NCBI GenBank assembly: GCA_963793305.1
Contig: CAWBZV010000015.1
Span: 1-12,029, forward strand
Length of the DNA stretch: 12,029 bases
Reading direction: 5' to 3'
From: an uncultured Gemmatimonadales bacterium
Lineage (GTDB): Bacteria > Gemmatimonadota > Gemmatimonadetes > Gemmatimonadales > Gemmatimonadaceae
Positions 1 through 6,306 of the stretch are shown in pieces. Below the pieces are notes generated by a model. It was not told the origin of the DNA and did not search any database. It worked only from the letters and a program-made list of their open reading frames with translations. The first letter of the stretch is position 1, and each line of letters opens with the position of its first letter. The position numbers were made by a program, and so were the translations under genes.

Positions 1-342
1 CAGCCTCCGCTCCACGCGTCGCTCGCCGCCGGCCGATGGGCGGAGCTATCAGTCGTCGAGCAATTGGCCAACGTCGGCAGTGAAGTCGAGCGGGCCATAC
101 GGGCGCATGATGGGGGCCGCATTGATCGACCCGACCACGCGCTCGCGCGCGCTCTCGAGCTGTTCGACCTCACAGCCACGGACCCGCGCTGGCGCGGCCC
201 GCGTCGGAGAGAGATACTCCAATTGCGGGAATGTTTCTGCGGCACGCTCCTGTCGGAACACCCCGACCCTGCTGACGCGGCATTCCTGCAGAAATACTTT
301 CTGCAACTCGCGACAGCCGCACGCCGCGCGTCCGCCGGCTGA
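1..342 (+). CDS. Conserved helical hypothetical protein (partner of DUF5674-like genes), copy 1; 5' end cut by the window edge
   Basis: Frame 1 is open from base 1 (QPPLHASLAAGRWAELSVVEQLANVGSEVERA...) to TGA at 340-342. 98 of 107 aligned residues match the 2758-3087 protein. Confidence 0.85.
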   Translation, partial: QPPLHASLAAGRWAELSVVEQLANVGSEVERAIRAHDGGRIDRPDHALARALELFDLTATDPRWRGPRRREILQLRECFCGTLLSEHPDPADAAFLQKYFLQLATAARRASAG

Positions 343-420
343 CACTTGTCAGTGACGCCGTGGTGGAGATGTCCACTCTGGCGGATGTACGTAACTCTGC
401 CAGTTCTTGCTTCCAATAGT

Positions 421-425
421 AGGAG
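421..425 (+). promoter_or_regulatory. Shine-Dalgarno site for the Rid-family gene
   Basis: AGGAG ending 9 nt before the ATG at 435. Confidence 0.65.
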
Positions 426-434
426 ACCTAATCA

Positions 435-860
435 ATGACGCTCGAATGCATCAATCCGGATGATCTGCCGATTCCGGAAATGTACACCCAGGTTGTCGTC
501 GCGACGGGGAGCAAGTTGGTATTCGTCTCGGACCAGCAGCCCGAAGACATACGCGGCAAGCTCGTTGGCCATGGTGATTTTGCGGCTCAGGCGCGCTTGG
601 CGTTTGGCAATCTCGGCCGTGCGCTTGCCGCTGCCGGCGCCCAGCCTGAGCAAGTCTGCAAGATCACAATCTACGTCGTTGATTACAAACGCGACGAACA
701 CGTTCCGATTATCGAAGACGCTCAGATAGCGCTGTTCGGAGATCACAAACCAGCAAACGTAGTGGCCGGGATAGCGACAATGTCCCCAGGCTACCTGATA
801 GAGGTCAATGCGATCGCGGTCATCGACCACACCACCGGGAGCGACACAAGGACGCGGTAG
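435..860 (+). CDS. Rid (YjgF/YER057c/UK114) family protein, probably a Rid4-7 type lacking the catalytic Arg
   Basis: Motifs YTQVV, LVFVS(D)Q, AAQARLAFGNLGRALAAAGA, KITIYVVD and LIEVNAIA. It has KPAN where RidA has PAR. Good RBS. Confidence 0.9.
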   Translation: MTLECINPDDLPIPEMYTQVVVATGSKLVFVSDQQPEDIRGKLVGHGDFAAQARLAFGNLGRALAAAGAQPEQVCKITIYVVDYKRDEHVPIIEDAQIALFGDHKPANVVAGIATMSPGYLIEVNAIAVIDHTTGSDTRTR

Positions 861-899
861 ATAGAGCGCTGACGCCGCTTCGGCTATCGGGTTTCGTCG

Positions 900-927
900 G
901 CTCCAGGAGTGGCGGGAACCGTAACGC
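900..927. repeat. Left copy of an imperfect 28-bp inverted repeat (partner 2180-2207)
   Basis: GCTCCAggagtggCGGgAACCGTAACGC versus the reverse complement of 2180-2207, GCTCCAaaacgatCGGaAACCGTAACGC: 21/28 without gaps, inner 14/15. Confidence 0.4.
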
Positions 928-932
928 CAGTT

Positions 933-958
933 TGCGATTCGGCCGGGTGCTGATCGCA
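933..958. terminator. Possible hairpin between the convergent Rid and PIN-like genes
   Basis: TGCGAT(T)CGGC...GCTGATCGCA stem with a bulge and one G-T pair. No clear U-tract. Confidence 0.25.
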
Positions 959-995
959 GAGACGGCATCGCGGGTCACGTAGTTCGCGCACGCAC

Positions 996-1961
996 TTAGC
1001 AGCCAAGTAGAGTCTTGTATTCGCGAATATCCATGATATGGTTGCCCTGACCACATTGTCTCGCAGCTTCGAGAATCATTCTTTCATTTGTAACCAACAG
1101 TACAGGTCGACCCGCGATTGCCATGGTATCGGATGCGACAAAAGAAATCTGTATATCCCAGATCGAGTTCGCATTCTTGCTGATTGTCATGTCAGTGGCA
1201 TTCAACGCAATACGCCTTACTACCTCGTTGTACAGCTCAACCGGTGTCGGAAATGACCTCAAAATCGCCCGCGCTGCCTCGTCCAACAGATCTGGCGTCA
1301 ACTGTACATTCCCCTCGTTAGCGGCGCGCACCGCAAACGCGCAAGCCACGTCGTAATAGCCCTTATTCGCATTGCAGAAGGCCAACACATCGTTCCGGAG
1401 CGACGGGGATTCGTGAATTGTACGCCAGTCGGCATCCTGTTCCGCGATACCGGCTGTCGAAGCAATCGCCTTAACAAGAAATGTGCTTAAATCGTCCGCA
1501 AAAGCTGCTTCGACGGATGCGCAACGTTGTGCGATTTCCAGCAAGCTCGGTTGTACGTCGACTAGATCGGCGTGGTCCGTGCTCTCAAGTACCCTGCGTA
1601 CCAAGTATTCGTGCAAGGCGAATTGCTCCGAGCGATTCGCAATCGTAACATTAAACAGCAATCGACATAACTGCGCGTCGGTGTCGCTAATTACTCGTAG
1701 GCGTGATACACCCTCAACATTTTCTGCACAATGCGTCCAGAGTACGCGAAGCGCCGACTTGCATTTCCCATATTCCGTATCTAATGGGTCGGCTATATGC
1801 GAAAGCAATTCACGTATAGTCCACGGGTTGGCGTACGCTACGATGTCGCGATGACCTTCCGCGTCGTGAATGCAGTCGACTACTGCTCTCGACAAACCGC
1901 GATAGACATTGGTGTCAAAAACGACGGCTGAGTGCGACAAGGAGCCGGCTGGTTGGGGCAC
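996..1961 (-). CDS. PIN-domain-like protein with a large helical insertion (putative ribonuclease)
   Basis: N-terminal VVFDTNVY, then NPWTIRELL, and C-terminal NSIWDIQI and LLVTNERMI, matching the order of PIN-fold acidic motifs. GTG at 1961 is preferred as start (GGCAGG upstream, just before the DTN strand); the ORF track extends to 2045. Confidence 0.65.
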   Translation of the reverse strand: MPQPAGSLSHSAVVFDTNVYRGLSRAVVDCIHDAEGHRDIVAYANPWTIRELLSHIADPLDTEYGKCKSALRVLWTHCAENVEGVSRLRVISDTDAQLCRLLFNVTIANRSEQFALHEYLVRRVLESTDHADLVDVQPSLLEIAQRCASVEAAFADDLSTFLVKAIASTAGIAEQDADWRTIHESPSLRNDVLAFCNANKGYYDVACAFAVRAANEGNVQLTPDLLDEAARAILRSFPTPVELYNEVVRRIALNATDMTISKNANSIWDIQISFVASDTMAIAGRPVLLVTNERMILEAARQCGQGNHIMDIREYKTLLGC

Positions 1962-2179
1962 GTCGGACCTGCCAGGAAATTTGTTAGCGCCTTTTGTGGA
2001 TTGGGAAATACCCTTGCCAACTCGGGCAAGTACGAGAATCCGCAATCATCGCAGGCGTATGTCATAGGCGTTGCTAAAATTAGCGCTCGCTCCTACAGTC
2101 GGGGCGTTTAGTTCCCGGCTCGATCCAATTCATGCTAAGGCTGCGCCCTCGCGGCCGGACCCGACACCCTGACCGGACC

Positions 2180-2207
2180 GCGTTACGGTTTCCGATCGTT
2201 TTGGAGC
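2180..2207. repeat. Right copy of the imperfect 28-bp inverted repeat (partner 900-927)
   Basis: See 900-927. It ends 17 bp from the DUF58 tail copy at 2225. Confidence 0.4.
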
Positions 2208-2224
2208 GCAGTCTACACCACCGG

Positions 2225-2349
2225 CTACAACTGCCCTCGCCCTTTGATCTTGAGATACCGGTTGATGACGGCCGCCGTCATCGCCTGCGGCTTGACGTTC
2301 GAGCACCCAGACGCCGTCGTAGTGCAGGGCGACGACAAAAGGAAAGAGC
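2225..2349 (-). pseudogene. Displaced, degenerate copy of the DUF58 3' end with an in-frame 40-codon internal deletion
   Basis: 2225-2316 matches 6216-6306 with 5 substitutions and 1 indel, starting exactly at the TAG stop. 2315-2349 matches 6425-6459 at 25/35 (LFPFVVALHYD vs HLPVVVALRND). Confidence 0.9.
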
Positions 2350-2401
2350 GGAGCTATTTTCCGAAGGTTGCTGTGTCTTCTGGAACACTCCATTGAACGT
2401 C

Positions 2402-2758
2402 ATGCCGCCGAATGAGATCCGATTGCTTTACGAGCCAGTGCCCCGTTCCGAGCTCGCTGCCATAGCGGCGCAAGGATTCGGCGACATGGTGAAGGCGGTT
2501 GTCGATATTCGCCGCGCGATCATGGCGATCGGTGGCGATCTCCACTCGGACGAAGAGGCGGCGCTGCTCGATGATGGTTCGAATCAGCATGATCTCTGGG
2601 GGATCAACCTATACCCGTTCGAGCAGACGGACGACTGGATAGAGTTCGACTCCATGATCAACGTACGACCGGCCCAAGGAAACCGATCTCGGTCCGTCGA
2701 AGACGCGGCGTTGCGGGCCGAGATCGCGCACATTGCTCGGACACTGGTCACCGACTGA
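2402..2758 (+). CDS. DUF5674-like protein (118 aa)
   Basis: MVKAVVDI, GGDLHSDEE, GSNQHDLWGINLYP and IEFDSMINVRPAQGNRSRSVED match the family as I recall it. ATG 2402 is chosen because the longer ORF runs over the DUF58 remnant. Confidence 0.85.
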   Translation: MPPNEIRLLYEPVPRSELAAIAAQGFGDMVKAVVDIRRAIMAIGGDLHSDEEAALLDDGSNQHDLWGINLYPFEQTDDWIEFDSMINVRPAQGNRSRSVEDAALRAEIAHIARTLVTD

Positions 2759-3087
2759 TGGTACTTCATGCGTCACTCGCCTCAGGTCGATGGGCAGAAC
2801 TGTCCGTCGTCGAGCAACTGGCCAACGTTGGCAGTGAAGTCGAGCGTGCCATACGGGCGCACGATGCCGGCCGCATTGATCGACGCGATCACGCGCTCGC
2901 TCGCGCTCTCGAGCTGTTTGACCTCACGGCCTCGGACCCGCGCTGGCGCGGTCCGCGGCGGAGAGAGATTCTCCGATTGCGCGAATGCTTCTGCGGTTCG
3001 CTCCTGTCGGAGCACCCCGACCCGAGTGACGCGACGTTCCTGCGGAAGTACTTTCTGCAACTCGCGACCGCCGCCCGCCGCGCGTAA
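2758..3087 (+). CDS. Conserved helical hypothetical protein (partner of the DUF5674-like gene), copy 2
   Basis: TGATG stop/start overlap at 2756-2760. 109 aa. Paralog of 1-342 with mostly synonymous differences. Confidence 0.9.
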   Translation: MVLHASLASGRWAELSVVEQLANVGSEVERAIRAHDAGRIDRRDHALARALELFDLTASDPRWRGPRRREILRLRECFCGSLLSEHPDPSDATFLRKYFLQLATAARRA

Positions 3088-3090
3088 TTG

Positions 3091-3545
3091 ATGCGCACAA
3101 TTTCGTCGGTATCCACTTGGTGGATCAAGTATTTCACTCCATTCCGCCTTTGCCTTGGTCATGGTCGGGCAGGGCGTGTGGTTTGGTTTAATCCGTAGAC
3201 CGCCCGTCCTATCAACAGTCAGTGGAGCATGGCAATTGCTAGTTCTGTATTGTCGCAGCCCTGCTCACCTTCCTGGTCGCATGGCAGAGTTTGCAACTCA
3301 AGCGGGTGCGCATGGATGACGAGGCACTTTATATCTCAAACTATTTCCGGGAGATCCGCGTTCCGTTGAGCAACGTGGAACATGTCTCGGAGTTTTTGGG
3401 GTTGCGCCAAGGGAACCGCGTTACCATCACCCTACGTTGTAACACCCCCTTCGGCCGTAAAATCGTTTTCCTCCCCCTTTCATGGTCTCGGCGCGGCAAG
3501 GTAGATCCGGTGGTTGGCGAGCTCAGAGCACGTATTCGCCATTGA
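3091..3545 (+). CDS. Hypothetical membrane protein with a C-terminal beta-rich (PH-like) domain; frameshifted (error or pseudogene)
   Basis: ATG 3 nt after the previous stop (MRTISSVSTWWIKYF). Hydrophobic segments lie in shifted frames (AFALVMVGQGVWFGLI; VAALLTFLVAW), then LKRVRMDDEALYISNYFREIRVPLSNVEHV...TPFGRKIVFLP to TGA at 3545. At least two indels, near 3143 and 3250. Confidence 0.65.
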
Positions 3546-3556
3546 GATCGTCTCTA

Positions 3557-3571
3557 CCCCTACAACTGCCC
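3557..3571 (-). repeat. 15-bp exact copy of the DUF58 stop-codon junction
   Basis: CCCCTACAACTGCCC is identical to 6213-6227 (minus strand GGG CAG TTG TAG GGG). It is intergenic, 11 nt after the stop at 3545. Confidence 0.75.
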
Positions 3572-3706
3572 GGGTTACCATTTACGCGTCCTCGAATGCC
3601 CCTTTGCGTGACACATTGTCACATTTTTGAAGCGTAACTGGTGTGCGCCGGTGCGCCGCGTATCGTGCAACGCGCGCGTTGAGGCTCTTCGCGGTGCGCG
3701 TCGAGC

Positions 3707-3729
3707 TCCGCGCGCTGCCAGCGCGCGGA
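3707..3729. terminator. Perfect GC-rich inverted repeat between convergent genes
   Basis: TCCGCGCGCTG-C-CAGCGCGCGGA (11-bp arms), 40 nt past the stop at 3769 on the minus strand. No U-tract. Confidence 0.4.
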
Positions 3730-3768
3730 CGGCGACGGCGATTGACGTTGCCTCGGCTGGAACCAAGC

Positions 3769-4621
3769 CTACTCAGCTCTGCTCACAAGGATCTCACATG
3801 CGAAATCGTCGTACGCATTCCCAGGCTTCGGTGGGGAAGCCTTGGCGGACATCAACGTGATGTCATACGGCAAACCGCGGAAGACGACCCTCCGCTTGTT
3901 TGCGTCACCCAGTTTGAGCGACTCTATCCGCTGGCTTTCGGCGCCACCCTTCATGACCAGGTGCTGCCTGATTTCGACCCCGGGTGCGGGCGCGTGCCGA
4001 TCTTTGTAGTACTCCAATTCGGAATTGACCAGCAAGCCGATCTCGCGATCGGTGCGTGGTGGGGTTAGTGTCAGCACAAGCGGCCCGGCGACGGATATGT
4101 TGTCGTCCACCGAGAGCGCAACTAGCCATGGGCCATCTCCCAATGCGATTCCGGAATCCAGCGGCCTTTCGTGAGTGTCTGATCCGATCGCCTCGGCTTT
4201 AGGAACAATGCCACCGGTGACCGTTTGCGGCGGTGGTGGTCCCAAAAAAGTCTGCAACTGAACCGACTTCACTTGTTGCCCATTGATTGAAACCTCGAAG
4301 GAGTACGCGCCGGGCTGTGGTATCAGCAGCTTCACGTAAGGAACAATGATTTGCAGCTTCGACCGCTCCGGCGTAAAGAGGAAGATTTTTTCAAAGGCGT
4401 CCCCGATCTGCCGTCCGTTCGCGTCCTGATAGTGCACGTGCAGTTTGTGGTTGCCGTAATCGTTAGGTCCGGCCGCGACTCGCAACACCACGTAGACCTT
4501 CGGGATGCCGGCCGGGAAGTTGTCGAAGCCGACCCTGTGGAAGACGCCAGGGATGGCATTCCGGGTCGTGCGGGGCGTCGAAAGCCTCCGGGTGCGCCAA
4601 TCCCGCAAATACCACCTCCAT
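3769..4621 (-). CDS. DUF6941-like beta-sandwich protein with an extra C-terminal domain; probable indel near the 5' end
   Basis: GVFHRVGFDNFPA, VVLRV, QDANGRQI and IPQPGAYSFEVSING resemble DUF6941. ATG at 4621 has a GAGG RBS and reads MEVVFAGLA but is out of frame with the 3769-4608 ORF. Pro-rich linker GPPPPQ. Confidence 0.65.
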
Positions 4622-4653
4622 GCGCCTCTCTCGTTATAGGATTGGCAAGCAAT

Positions 4654-5862
4654 TTAACGGTCAGAGCGCGCCAGCCAATTCTTCACAGCTAAAAGCACTG
4701 GCTCCGTTATTGTCCTAGCAGCGCTCGATTGAAGAATGGTGTGTGTGGCACTCGTATATCCGTCGATACTATCTAAGTCCTGCGTTTGTCCCGCGATCGA
4801 ATAGTGTCGGTCGATGCGAGTAATCAGCGACTCGGAAATGTCGTTGAAAGCCTCGCGGGCGAGCTGTTTGTTCGGCCTCTCATTGAGGGGTGCTGTGAGC
4901 TGGAAATGGAAATACGGTAGTCCGACAGGCTGCGTGACTGCGATTCCTTTGCCAAACCATAGATTGACGTTTTGTGCACTGTTGAGTGTCTGGCGGAGAG
5001 GCGGCGCTTCAGAATGCCCGGCCAGCGAGCTAATCAGGGCATTCTGTAAGACCGCGGGAAAGTTCTGCGCGTCCGCAATAACGTCTTTGTGTTCCCAGTG
5101 CGTCTCCAGAAAGTGAGATCCTACGATGACCTCGGCTGGGCTGCCCTCGTAGTACGCTATGCTCGTATTGTCCTCGGCCATCGATAGAAAAACACTGCCG
5201 TCGGCCAGGAGCGCGTCACAACGGTCGTCGGATATGCCCGGGCACGCAATGCGCAAGTCGCTAGCGCTCAAAGTCATGATTCGCCCTCTGTACTTTACGA
5301 GACGATTATCGAGTGCGCCGAGATCGCGCCCAGTAGGAAGAATGCAGATTAGTCGACCGAGAAACGGCAAGGACTGCACCGTTCCGTCATTTAAGAGGGG
5401 CATCCAGAACCCACCCCAGCCGGCAGGATAGGGGCTTTGGTGCCCTCCACCCATACGAGTAGGATAGAGAAACCCCACCCGATAGTCATCGTGAACGATC
5501 GGGAACTGGGTCGTCGGCAATACATACCCGGCGGTTCTGAAGTCGGGCAGCCGCCCCGCTAACAGTGCACCGAGCGTTCCCTCGACCAATGTGTCTATTT
5601 GCACCATCAGCGGAACCATCGGCTTGTGACTGACAGTCGAGAGCGAGAAGAAGCCCACCCCCTCGACATACTGGCCTGGCTTGAGAGAGGCTGATCCTAC
5701 GAGATCAGTCAGCAGCTCGGGCGATTCGAGATGGGAAGTCTGCCGAATCACCTTGATTTTCTCCACCGACGACGGAAAGAGCTTCTGCGTGAAGTACGAC
5801 AGCGCAGCACCTGTCAGTGACTTGGCAATCCAGTCAGCCGCATGCAACAAGAGGGGATCCAT
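4654..5862 (-). CDS. Hypothetical protein (402 aa), no family recognised
   Basis: Long uninterrupted ORF in lower-GC DNA. ATG at 5862 (MDPLLLHAADW) has GGAG 8 nt upstream; the Cys-rich extension to 5979 looks non-coding. Confidence 0.8.
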   Translation of the reverse strand: MDPLLLHAADWIAKSLTGAALSYFTQKLFPSSVEKIKVIRQTSHLESPELLTDLVGSASLKPGQYVEGVGFFSLSTVSHKPMVPLMVQIDTLVEGTLGALLAGRLPDFRTAGYVLPTTQFPIVHDDYRVGFLYPTRMGGGHQSPYPAGWGGFWMPLLNDGTVQSLPFLGRLICILPTGRDLGALDNRLVKYRGRIMTLSASDLRIACPGISDDRCDALLADGSVFLSMAEDNTSIAYYEGSPAEVIVGSHFLETHWEHKDVIADAQNFPAVLQNALISSLAGHSEAPPLRQTLNSAQNVNLWFGKGIAVTQPVGLPYFHFQLTAPLNERPNKQLAREAFNDISESLITRIDRHYSIAGQTQDLDSIDGYTSATHTILQSSAARTITEPVLLAVKNWLARSDR

Positions 5863-6215
5863 AGCACAGCTCCAGCATGTTAAAGGGCGCTCGCTCGTAT
5901 AACCTCGCCCCGGAACAGAACACTTGTGCTCGCAATAACAAGGGCAGAAGCGTGACGCGATCAGCCACTTTTCTGACATTATTAAGGCCCTTGCCGTTTC
6001 CCTTGTTTGGCGAGCACGACGCGATCGAGGGCTGTTGCGGGTGACCGTCGGCGGACCTGCCTATTCCATTGTTCTGTCAGGCTGGCCGTGCGAGCTGCGC
6101 GATCGAGACGTCGTCAACACCCTCGAGATGATGGCGGAGCAGGAGATCGCCACTGATAACGATGTGATGCGATATCACGGTAATGGGAATTTCGGGGACC
6201 GTAGATACTAACCCC

Positions 6216-6306
6216 CTACAACTGCCCCCGCCCTTTGATCTCGAGATACCGGTTGATGACGCTCGCCGTCATCGCCTGCGGCTTGACGTTGAGCACCGAG
6301 ACGCCG
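6216..6306 (-). repeat. Resident DUF58 3' end, the source of the repeats at 2225-2316 and 3557-3571
   Basis: Direct alignment by eye. Confidence 0.9.

Noticed and set aside
900..927. Xer dif/pdif site, suggested by the 28-bp length
   Set aside because: No resemblance to the XerD arm TTATGTTAAAT and no internal dyad symmetry.
1964..1973. CGGACCTGCC shared with 6052-6061, upstream of two cargo genes
   Set aside because: A 10-mer match is expected by chance in GC-rich DNA.
2225..2316. DGR template/variable repeat pair with the DUF58 3' end
   Set aside because: Only two of five substitutions are at minus-strand adenines of the copy. There is also an indel and a large deletion, and no reverse transcriptase is present.
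2132..2401. N-terminal extension of the 208-aa ORF and its similarity to ORF 6183-6455
   Set aside because: The shared peptide LQLP.PFDLEIPVDD is the antisense translation of the duplicated DUF58 tail.
5903..6211. Open plus-strand frame ending ...ELRDRDVVNTLEMMAEQEIATDND...RRY*
   Set aside because: No convincing start or RBS and no recognisable family. It may be a gene fragment, but I cannot support the call.
343..6215. Integron cassette array
   Set aside because: I found no RYYYAAC...GTTRRRY attC-like hairpins after the genes, orientations are mixed, and there is no IntI.
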